DNA of 64,000 nucleotides, taken from the NCBI GenBank assembly GCA_043228905.1, contig JBHGNT010000007.1, forward strand, positions 20,584,001 through 20,648,000, read 5' to 3'. The stretch is from Azolla caroliniana. Its lineage: Eukaryota; Plantae; Polypodiophyta. Positions 52,037 to 63,300 of this stretch are shown one piece after another. How positions within the stretch are numbered: the stretch's first letter is position 1; each line of letters starts with the position of its first letter. The notes under the pieces are model-generated. The model worked only from the letters and a program-made list of their open reading frames with translations. It ran no database searches and was not told where the DNA came from. Position numbers and translations under genes: made by a program.

Positions 52037-52108
52037 AGGGCGCAACCGGGGTCGAACCGGTGACCTATCGGACTGCAGCCGATTGCTCTACCACTGAGCT
52101 ATACGCCC
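52037..52108 (-). tRNA. trnC-GCA: tRNA-Cys(GCA)
   Basis: GGGCGTA TA GCTC AGTGGTA GAGC A ATCGG CTGCAGT CCGAT AGGTC ACCGG TTCGACC CCGGT TGCGCCC T: all stems pair, U73 discriminator, intact A and B boxes. Confidence 0.92.
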
Positions 52109-52897
52109 ACGCACAAAAGTGATATTACGTCACAATCTGCCATTCATTCATCTACTAGATATCGAGTCAAATTATTACGAGTTTAGGGAAACTTCCATCG
52201 ATTCATGTACATGACATCTAGACTTTATTTTTAAAGACATCTCAGCTTTGAGACGTACGGCTCAACCGGGGTTGAACTAGTGACCTATCAGACTTTAGTC
52301 GATTGTTGTAGCACTGAACTTTAGACCCATGTGGCAAACGTCCATTGACTCATGTAGAAGACGTCCAAACGAATTATTGTTTCAGTTTGGACATCTCCTT
52401 GAATCAGAAGGTAGCTGAGATTCATTAGAGACTTATCGTACTTGAACCGATTGGTGTACCACTAAGATATACATTCCGGCCACTAAAGAAATATCACGTC
52501 GAAATATCCATTCATGTACATCAAATATACAGTTCATTTCTAAAGGCACCTCACCTCTTAGAATTTGGGCTCAACAAGGGTTGAACTAATGATCTATCAG
52601 ATTGTAGCCAATTGCTGTAGCAGTGAGGTTTACACCCGCGCACAAAAGAAACATTTCGTGGCAAACCTCCACTGATTCATATAGAAGAAGTCCATACTAA
52701 TTATGAAGTCAATTCGGACATCCGATTAATCTAGCACTTAGATATACATCACAAAGAAAAAATCATGTCGAAATCTCCATTGATTTATCTACAAGACATC
52801 TAGTCGAATGATTATCTAGTTTTGCACACCTCCATCTATTCATTTACGTGATATGTTCATTCAATTAGGTATATGGCATACAACATCTCCTTGAATT

Positions 52898-52969
52898 AGG
52901 GCGCAACCGGGGTTGAACCGGTGACCTATCGGACTGCACCCGATTGCTCTACCACTGAGCTATACACCA
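52898..52969 (-). pseudogene. tRNA-Cys(GCA) copy with G1 and position-32 substitutions
   Basis: Same sequence as the intact copies but the first acceptor pair is broken. Confidence 0.75.
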
Positions 52970-54955
52970 TTTATTCATGTATTAGATATATCCATTCGAA
53001 CTATTATGAGATTCCGGATACTTCCATCAATTCACTAACATGAAATCTAGACTTTATTTTGAAAGGCACCGCAGTTTTTAGACGTAGGGCTCAACCAGGA
53101 TTGAACTAGTGACCTATCAGACTTTAGCCGATTGTTGTAGCACTGAACTTTACACCCGCGAACAAAAGAAACATTATGTGGCCAAATTCCATTGACTCAT
53201 GTAGAAGACGTCCAAACGAATTATTATTTTAGTTTGGACATCTCCTTGAATCAGAAGGTAGCTGGGGTTCATCGGAGATTTATCGTATTTCAACCGATTG
53301 GTCTACCACTAAGATATATATCCTCAGCACTAAGGAATTATCACATCGATATATCCATTCATTTGCATGAACTCTACACTTCATTTCGAAAGGCACGTCA
53401 CCTCTTAGAATTTGGGCTCAGCAAGGGTTGAACTAATGATCTATCAGATTGTAGCCAATTTATGTAGCACTGAAGTTTACACCCGCGGACAAAAGAAACA
53501 TTTCGTGGCAAACCTCCACTGATTCATATAGAAGAAGTCCACAATAATTATTACGTCATTTTGGACATTTCCTGGAATCTGGAGCCAGGCGGGGTTGAAC
53601 CGGTGACCTATCGTACTACGGCCGATTGATCTATCACTTAGATATACACCCCGTCAAGAAGGAAATATCACGTCGAAATCTCCATTGATTTATCTACAAT
53701 ACATCTAGTCGAATTATTATGTAGTTTTGCACACCTCCATCTATTCATTTACGTGATATCTTCAGCATCCATTACGTATATGGCACACAACATCTCCCTT
53801 AATCAGGCACAACCGGGGTTGAACTGGTGACCTATCGGACTACTGCCAATTGCTCTACCATTGAGCTATACACCCATGCAAAAAAGAAACATTACGTCAC
53901 AATCCGCCATTCATTCATCTACTAGATATACAGTCCAGTTATTATGAGATTTCAGACACTTCCATCGATTCATGTATATGAAATCTACACTTTATTTTGA
54001 AAAACACCTCAACTCTTAGACGTACGGCTCAGACGGGGTTGACCTAGTGACCTATCAGACTTTAGCCGATTGGTGTAGCACTGAACTTTAGACCCACACA
54101 TAAAAGAAAAATTATGTGGAAAACCTCCATTGACTCATGTAGAAGACGTCCAAACGAATTATTATTTCACTTCGGACATTTCCTTAAATCAGAAGGTAGC
54201 TAGGGTTCATCGGAGACTTATCGTACTTCAACCGTTTGGTCTACCACTAAGATATACATCGCGGCCACTAAAGAAATATCATGTCCAAATATGCATTCAC
54301 GTGCATGACATCTACACTTCATTTCGAAAGGCACCTCACATCTTAGAATTTGGGCTCAGCAAGGGTTGATCTAATGACCTATCAGACTGTAACCAGTTGT
54401 TGTAGCACTAAAGTTTACACCTGCACACAAAAGAAATATTTCGTGGCAAACCTCCACTGATTCCTATAGAAGAAGTCCACATTAATTATTATGTCGTTTC
54501 GGACATTTCTAGGAATCAGGAGGCAATACGGCCGATTGATCTATCACTTAGATATACACCCCATCAAAAAGGAAATATCACGTCGAAATCTCCATTGATT
54601 TATCTACAATACATCTAGTGGAATGATTATGTAGTTTTGCACACCTCCATCTATTCATTTACGTGATATCTTCAACATCCATTACGTATATGGCCGAAAA
54701 GAAACATTTTGTGACAAACCTCCACTGATTCATATAGAAGAAGTCCATACTAATTATGAAGTCAATTCGGACATCCGATTAATCTAGCACTTAGATATAC
54801 ATCACAAAGAAAAAATCATGTCGAAATCTCCATTGATTTATCTACAAGACATCTAGTCCTGACGAACGATTATGTAATTTTGCACACCTCCATCTATTCA
54901 TTTATATGATATGTTCACTCCATTAGGTATATGGCATACAACATCTCCTTTAATC

Positions 54956-55027
54956 AGGGCGCAACCGGGGTTGAACCGGTGACCTATCGGACTGCAGCCG
55001 ATTGCTCTACCACTGAGCTATACACCC
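54956..55027 (-). tRNA. trnC-GCA: tRNA-Cys(GCA)
   Basis: Complete 72-nt cloverleaf, two G-U pairs in the acceptor stem, T loop TTCAACC. Confidence 0.85.
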
Positions 55028-55385
55028 CCGCACCAAAAAAACATCTAGTGGAATGATTATGTAGTTTTGCAAACCTCCATCTATTCATTTACGTGATATC
55101 TTCAGCATCCATTACGTATATGGCCCAAAAGAAACATTTCGTGACAAACCTCCACTGATTCATATAGAAGAATTCCATACTAATTATTAAGTCAATTCGG
55201 ACATCCGATTGATCTAGCACTTAGATATACATCACAAAGAAAATATCATGTCGAAATCTCCATTGATTTATCTACAAGACATCTAGTCCTAACAAACGAT
55301 TATGTAATTTTGCACACCTCCATCTATTCATTTATATGATATGTTCACTCCATTAGGTATATGGCATACAACATCTCCTTTAATC

Positions 55386-55457
55386 AGGGCGCAACCGGGG
55401 TTGAACCGGTGACCTATCAGACTGCAGCCGATTGCTCTACCACTGAGCTATACACCC
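55386..55457 (-). tRNA. trnC-GCA: tRNA-Cys(GCA), one extra G-U pair in the anticodon stem
   Basis: One substitution relative to the copy at 54956-55027. Confidence 0.75.
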
Positions 55458-55815
55458 ATGCACCAAAAAAACATCTAGTGGAATGATTATGTAGTTTTGC
55501 AAACCTCCATCTATTCATTTACGTGATATCTTCAGCATGCATTACGTATATAGCCCAAAAGAAACATTTCGTGACAAACCTCCACTGATTCATATAGAAG
55601 AAGTCCATACTAATTATTAAGTCAATTCAGACATCCGATTGATCTACCACTTAGATATACATCACAAAGAAAATATCACGTCGAAATCTCCATTGATTTA
55701 TCTACAAGCCATCTAGTCCTGACGAATGATTATGTAATTTTGCACACCTCCATCTATTCATTTATATGATATGTTCACTCCATTAGGTATATGGCATACA
55801 ACATCTCCTTTAATC

Positions 55816-55887
55816 AGGGCGCAATTGGGGTTGAACCGGTGACCTATCGGACTGCAACCGATTGCTCTACCACTGAGCTATACACCC
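55816..55887 (-). pseudogene. tRNA-Cys(GCA) pseudogene
   Basis: T stem broken by two mismatches (ACCGG/CAATT). Confidence 0.75.
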
Positions 55888-56627
55888 ACGCACCAAAGAA
55901 ACATTATGTTGCAATCCACCATTCATTCATCTATTAGATATCTAGTTGAATTATTATGAGATTCTGGATACTTCCATCGATTCATGTACATGAAATCTAG
56001 ACTTGATTTTGAAAGGCGCCGCAGTTCTTAGACGTAGGGCTCAGCCAGGATTGAACTAGTGACCTATCAGACTTTAGCCGATTGCTGTAGCACTGAACTT
56101 TACACCCGCGCACAAAAGAAACATTATGTGGCAAACTTCCATTGACTCATGTAGAAGACGTCCAAACGAATTATTATTTTAGTTCGGAGATATCCTTGAA
56201 TCAGAAGGTAGCTGGGGTTCATAGGAGATTTATTGTATTTCAACCCATTGGTCTACCACTAAGATATATATCCCGGCCAGTAAGGAAATATCACATCGAA
56301 ATATCCATTCATTTCCATGAACTCTACACTTCCATCGATTCATGTACATGAAATCTAGACTTGATTTCAAAAGGCACCTCAACTCTTAGACATAGGGCTC
56401 AACCGGGGTTGAACTAGCGACCTATTAGACTATAGCTGATTGTTGTAGCACTAAACTTTACACCTGCGCAAAAGAAACATTACGTGGCAAACCTCCATTG
56501 ACTCGTATAGAAGACGTTGTCGTAGTGTGAATTACACACTATGTGGAATATGTAAAACACTACATCCGATTTAGAGTCCGTATAATAAATAAATAAATAA
56601 AATAAAATATTAAAAATATTTATTACA

Positions 56628-56699
56628 TGCATAGGGTAGGATTCGAACCTTGTACCGCCACATAGACAAACCTCAGGCTTACCACTATACTAGCATACT
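56628..56699 (-). promoter_or_regulatory. tRNA-like Pol III promoter in the LTR of G (homologues at 21210-21275, 30241-30312, 40133-40204, 42924-42995 on +)
   Basis: A box TAGTATAGTGG and B box GGTTCGAATCC at tRNA spacing, followed by oligo-T. Confidence 0.75.
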
Positions 56700-59175
56700 A
56701 TGAATCTTAAAAGTTAGACTAAACTTTATCCCATGTAAATATTCTAGATATGCATGGTACAAAAAGTTATTCATTCATACACACTTGAGTTAAAAGAAAA
56801 GATGGGACAAAAAGCTAATCATGCACATGCAATGTGCATGAAAACTAAAGTTAGGAAAAGCAAGATGCTTGCATGTGATAAACTTAGACTCTTTCAACAC
56901 TATATAAGGAAGGGAGAAAGATGTATAGAGGTTGTTGATTATTTTACAAGGGTTGATTAATATAATATATTCGTGGGATTTACGAATTTGCTAACTTTTT
57001 TTTCTCTCTTAATCTAACTACTCTCTAATACACTATACTCGTGGGATTCACGAGTTTTTCATCTCTTTCTTTCTTACAATATATTTCATATTCTTAATTT
57101 CCTTAGAATTTTCTTTTCTCCTAGTCCAAAACCTCAATTGTTCCCGCCCGACTCACGTAACGATCCGGAGCCGAAAGGCACGACAGATTTGGTGAACCCG
57201 ACATGAACACGGGTGGCAAGGAGATGGAAAATCAACTGGAGGCTAACAACATGATGATAATGTTGGAGCGGATGCTTCAAGAACAACGTGCAATGTCGGA
57301 GATAGCGGCGACAGTAGAGCGGCTCGTGCATTGGATCGGGCAATTCAACGGAAAGGACGTATCACGGTATCTTCGGGACTACAAGGCGGAAATGATACGG
57401 TGCGGGATTTCGGAAGGACTGCAAGTGACATCCTTCAACCGGGTGGCTACCGACAGGCTTCAAGCAAGTATCCACGGGCTACGACAACAAAATCTGACGT
57501 GGGAAGCGTTTGAAGAGGCACTAAAGACCACGTTCGCTATCGAGGACTCCTCCAAGGCAACGTGGAGAGGATTTAAGGATTGGGTGGAAACGTCGGACAA
57601 GGGGATGAAGGTCCTCAATGTGTTTTAGGCATTCGAAAGTCGGTTCGGGAGGCTGTCCGCGAGAGATCAAGCTATCCTTGCACCGAACAAAGTGATCATG
57701 TTCTTACAAGCCGTAGACATCCGGGACCGGAAGGATCTTGAAGTGCTTCTAGGGGACACGACTACCGAGAGTGGCCTCACCGAAACATGGGAAAGCGTGC
57801 AGGATATCGTCGCGCAATACACAAAGAGGGGGCAATGGCTTGCCAACGAAGAAAAGAGGGTTTCGGAACCAACTCCGGATCGGAAGACCATGAACTGCGG
57901 GCTCAAGAGACTACAACCGAGAAGGGAATCGACACAACCACGGTGGAGCAATTGTTGAAGGAGATGGAGAGTCTGAAAATCGCGATGGTGAAGAAGACGG
58001 AAGACCGTCCCACATGTTCCAAGTACATGGATTGTCGATGCATATGGTGCGATAGCACCAAACATGATCGGAGAGATTGCGACGAGCACAAGGAAATCGG
58101 ATTCATTCGATGGACTCATGACGAAGAAGGTCCTAGAGGACGAGATCGTGGCGAAAGACAATTATGTGACAACCGCAGGAATACGTGTTGGGGAGTCATC
58201 TGCAGCAAAGGTGTCTTTTTGGTCGGAAGTGTTAGAAATTTCGAAGAAAGCCGACCATGATGAAATCCGAAGCGTTGCGGAATGTATCCGGGAAGCTACG
58301 GGATGGGAGTGCCCCATAGATAAGAATAGCGTACATGCGCTATGTCAATTGCATCAAGTGTATGTGGATGAAAAATGACGGCGCGCAGATGATGCGGCCG
58401 GACCATTGAAGACACCGGAAAGCTGGAACTCCGGAGGGAAGGGAAAAGAAAAGACGATTCCGGCATTCAAGCTCGCCTTGGACATCGAACAACAAACGAA
58501 CTTGAAAAAGGTGTTGGAAGAGAGAATCCTCGATAGCTGGGTAGAATTTTCGCTTCGGGAATTACTCGGAATAGCGAAGAAGGAGTTCCATGATCTTCTT
58601 GTGGATCTCGTGAAGAGAAAAAGACAAAGTACGGAGGAAAATGCACCGATGGTGAATGCAAATACCATTTTGATGAACGACACCAAACTGGAGGATGAGA
58701 TTCCGAATTCCCACTGTACAAAGCCACACTAGGTGCGTGCAACTACCGAGACTACAGTCTGAATCGGCAACATCAAAGAGCCCGTGCTAGCATTGATTGA
58801 TCACGGATCGGAAATCAATTTGATGTCTAAGGAGTTCTACCAGAAGGGGAAGTGGCCTATTAACACCAATCATGGATGGAAGATCTGGGCGGCCACTAAA
58901 GCAACGAAAGATCTATTTGTGGCTTGTCCGGATGTGACGGTGAAGATCGGGGATGTCGAGATCGACCAAAATTTCTTCGTACAAGACGAGGTCTCACACT
59001 CTGTGATCCTCGGGCAACCCTTTACCATGACTTCACGGATGGAGACAAAGGTGCTCGATAGCGGTGCGACTTTCGCACGAATTCGGAGCCAAAGTGGAGG
59101 AAAATCCATCCAATTCCTAACTGTGCCGGCAAATCATGAAAGGAACAAGAGAGAGCTCTTGTCCCAAACAAGGAT

Positions 59176-59239
59176 GGATTTTTAGAGTGGAGTGTTGCGG
59201 AGTGGGGAAGTGATAGTCCGAGAAGCCCTGATACCCCAC
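59176..59239 (+). promoter_or_regulatory. Putative -1 ribosomal frameshift signal of G
   Basis: GGATTTTTAG, imperfect stem1, stem2 GTGGGG/CCCCAC. Confidence 0.75.
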
Positions 59240-60389
59240 ACAGGAATAAAAGTCTCGGAGCAAAACAAGTACGAATCGGTTCGGATGGGGCATCTACGTG
59301 CACGGCCGTAACCGAAGGAATGAAGAAAGAATACCGAAAAGTGGAGGATAAGTTACGGTCTGCATCAATAATAAAAGAAGACGAAGAAATCGTGGGGATA
59401 GTCGAAGAAGTGTTCTATGGGAGCACGCTACAATGGCTTGAAAAGCTCGCGGAAGATAGAAGCCAGGGAGACCGGGTAGTCTTGGTGTGAAAATGGGGCC
59501 GGATGCACTCTGCAAAAGAAGAAGCAATGGTAAGTACGAAATATAAGACTGTGGAGAAGAAACTGAAACCAACCGAGAGACCGTTACCCGCCAATAGCAA
59601 ACAAAAGAGGAAAGAAGCCTCGGGGTATCCGACACTTCGGAAGTCCATCGATATCGGACATGCCTTCACAGATGAGACCCGGAAGAAACTTCGGATCGGT
59701 GGAGGTGGGTTCCTATTAACGAATGAAGAAGAACGATTCCGTGGGATGCTAGAGCGACATGGGAGAGAATTTGCATTTACATCGAAAGAAATAGGATGCG
59801 CTGACCCGAAGAAAGTGGAGCCGATGGTGATCTTCACGATTCACCATGTGTCGTGGAACCTGAAGCCGATTCCGGTGCCACGGGCGCATATTCCAAAAAT
59901 CATTGACTTGCTCAAGGAGAAGGTGGCGATGGGGATTCTAGAGCCATCAAATGCTCCGTACTCAAATCGACAGTTTACGGTTCCGAAGAAGAATGGGTCA
60001 CTCTGGTTTATTCAAGATTTGAAACCGGTGAACAAGGTCACGATCCAGAACTCCGGAGTCGGTCTGATAGTGGACGAATTTCCGGAAGCATTTGCCGATC
60101 GTGCGATATACTCCATCGGAGACCTATACTCGGGTCGGGGTATGACCAATTTCAACTAGCCGTGGAGAGCCGAGACATCACTACCATACAGACACTGATA
60201 AGATTAGTCAGAATGTGCACACTACCACAAGGAGCAACAAACTCGGTTGCACATATGATGAATGTGATGAACAAGGTGCTTCGAGATTGCATTCTGGAGA
60301 TAATGATGCCATTCCAAGATGACATTCCGATGAAAGGATGCGCGGTAGAAGAAAAATATGAAACTATGGATGATCGGGGATGCCGAAAG

Positions 60390-63300
60390 TGTTAGGAAAC
60401 AAGTCCCTCCGGATGGGAAGTGAGAAAAACAGTACTGATGAGCAAACTCGGCCGAGGCCGATAGGTCGAGGCCAAAACCGGATGAGGAGTACCCAGCTAC
60501 GGAAGACCCGGTGAGAACCGGATGACGAGTACCCGGCTACGGAGAGCCAGATGGTGCAGACCTGGTGAGAACCGGATGAGGAGTACCCGGAAACGGAAGC
60601 CAATTTCTCCTCGGAAAGTGTTAGGTGTACATCTTCTAACTTTTGAAGCACTTTCTCGCAATCACGAATATGGTCGACTATGAACTTTCTGACAGGAACT
60701 ACACGCTCCCTATGTGCAACGCTCGGCCACAACCGAGCTTAGAATCATACACAGAAAAAACAGGGAATGAATGCACGACACAGTGAAGAGAAGAGTCCAC
60801 AGGATGTTTATGTGGAAAAACCCAAACTAGGGAAAAAACCACGGCAGCCCACAGGCTGCAAACTATCACTATGTTACAGTGTACAACAGTAAAGCACTGA
60901 GGCAACAACCTTGAGCTTTCTATCTTCGCCACAGGCAGTGGTTACAACAGAGGCAACGACCTCTTCCTCTCTCTCTCTCTCTCTCTCTCTGTACACAGTT
61001 ACGCGCTCTGATTTTGCGCAAACAAGAATGACCACAACAACCATCACTAAGTTTGCCCTAAGTCATATTTATACTAATAGGACTTTGCGGCTATTTACAA
61101 ATATGTTTTCTGAGAGTCCATCGTGGCAAACTTAGTGATGGTTGTTGTGGTCATTCTTGTTACTGCATGATCAGAGCGCGTAACTGTGTACAGAGAGAGA
61201 GAGAGAGAAAGAGGTTGGTTCCTCTGTTGTAACCGCCACCTGTGGCGAAGATAGAAAGCTCGAGGTTGTTGCCTCGGTGCTTTACTGTTGTACACTGTAA
61301 CATAGTGATAGTTTGCAGCTTGTGGGCTGCCGTGGTTTTTTCCCTAGTTTGGGTTTTTCCACGTAAACATCCTGTGTACTCTTCTCTTCACTGTGTCGTG
61401 CATTCATTCCCCGTTTATTCTGTGTATGATTCTAAGCTCGGTTGTGGCCGAGCGTTGCGCATAGGGAGCTTGTAGTTCCTGTCAAATTGGTATCAGAGCG
61501 AAACGACACAGAAAGTGGACGAATCGTTGGGAGGTATGTTCAAGCTCACCGGCTCCAATTGGTGTGGAAGTCGAAGATGAGGGACATGCTCGTGGTTAAA
61601 GATCTTTGGTTGCCGGTTCAGTTCGGGGACAAGAGATCGGACAAGATCGATGCCACGATATGGGAGGTGATGCACATGAAGACAACGGCGTACATATGGT
61701 GCTTCATCGACATGAGCCTATACAACAACTTCAATGAAGAGAGTAAGGGTCATGAGCTCTGGAAAAAGATCGGTATTATGTTTCAAAACAAAAATGCTGT
61801 TAACCAGGTTTCGGTATTCCGGAAGCTAGTAAGACTTTGGTACCAAGATGGCTCCAGCATGGTGGAGCACATGAATGCCTTCCAGGGGCTGATCCACCAG
61901 GCAACATCATTGGAAGTACCTCTCGCCAATGAGGTACTGGCACTACTCCTGCTCGGTTCCCTCCCAGATAGCTGGGAGACATTGGTTGTCACTTTGGGCA
62001 ATGACGGGCCAGAAGGGAAACGGTTATCCCTAGCAAGAGTGAAGTCGAGCTTGCTAGATGAGGAGGCGCGTCGGAAAGACAAGGATACGAGCTCCGACTC
62101 CAAAGCGCTCCTTACTAAATCGGAATGCGGAAAACAAAGGAACCGTTGTCCCTAGAACCGGGAAAAGTCGGGGACACAGTCAAAGTCAAGGGAGAGGCCT
62201 ACTTGCTTCTATTGTGGCAAGTCGGGACACTTCTAGAAGAACCGTCGGCACTTCCGAAAAGACAAGGAAACTAACAGTACCGATTCGAAGCGGACACCGG
62301 ACCAGAACGGTAAAGACCGGACGGGACCAGACCGGAAGGGAACGACGGAAATCACAACAAGTGAAGAAGAGTTGATGCTCATCACCAAGGAGAGTGAGTT
62401 GAACCTTGCCGGCGACGAGACAACGTGGGTTGTCGATTCCGGAGCATCGTTCCACCTTACCCCGGACCGGAAAGGCTTCTCATCCTACACAGCTGGTGAT
62501 GATGGCTGTGTCCGGATGGGGAATGAAGGCACGTGCCGAATTGTCAACATAGGAGATGTGTGGTTGACAAAACCAACCGGATGCAAGCTGCTGCTGAAGG
62601 ATGTCTGACACGTTCCGGAGGTTTGACTGAACTTGATCTAGATGAGGAAGGCTACACGGGTAGCATCCGGAATGGAGTCATGAAACTGGCTGGAAGCTCA
62701 AGGCGGTTCGAGCAGATAACAGAGGGGAATACCGGAGGGAGTTCGAGGAGTACTATCGGTCGAAGGGAATCCGGCTTAAATTTACCATGCCGAAGACGCC
62801 AGAACTAAACGGGCTGGCCGAGAGGATGAACCAGACCATAATGGAGAGGGTCCGGAGTATGCTGGCGCAGGCAAAGTTACCCAAGACGTTTTGGGCTGAG
62901 GCGCTATCGACAACGACGTATGTGATAAATAGATCACCCTCAGTGCCCTTGGCTGGAGACACACCGCAGAAGGTGTGGACCAGTAAGGAAGTGTCCTACC
63001 GGCATTTGAAGGTGTTCGGGTGTTTTGCATACGTGCATATAGCTAAGGATCGTAGAGGAAAGTTAGATCCAAAGACCCGGCCATGCATATTCCTCGGTTA
63101 CGGTGACGATGAGTTCGGCTACCGAGTGTGGGACCTGGTCGACAAGAAGGTATTCCGGAGTCGAGATATTATCTACATGGAGGACAAGACGCTCGCCGAC
63201 AGGGAGTCGGAGAAGAAAATAATGAACTCCGAGTCGACCGGTAAGGATCGATTCTACAATGAGCCGACCCAACCGGCAAGAAACCGGTTAGCACTCGAGG

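Larger units (their letters stand above)
51412..56517 (-). repeat. tRNA-Cys-derived tandem array with higher-order structure, main block
   Basis: About 25 tRNA-like monomers; five types recur in fixed order with a period of about 860-910 bp; a derived 430-bp unit occurs three times (tRNAs at 54956, 55386, 55816). Confidence 0.95.
56518..60389 (+). mobile_element. Ty3/Gypsy element G, degenerate, interrupted in RT by Copia J
   Basis: 5' LTR 56518-57185 (TGTCG...CGACA); tRNA-Trp PBS 57190-57207; gag, ALIDHGSE protease, RT fragments. Confidence 0.94.

Noticed and set aside
53087-53652. Degenerate monomers as new isoacceptors (apparent anticodons AAA, GAA, ACA, GTA)
   Set aside because: Acceptor, D or T stems and A/B boxes are broken; they read as decayed tRNA-Cys copies
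53192-56351. Repeated ORFs MTHVEDVQTNYY... (53192, 54130, 56142)
   Set aside because: Non-ATG starts; chance frames across the tRNA-derived repeat; interrupted in other units
51412-56517. CRISPR-like array interpretation
   Set aside because: Spacers are themselves repeated, units are tRNA-derived, there are no cas genes and the context is eukaryotic
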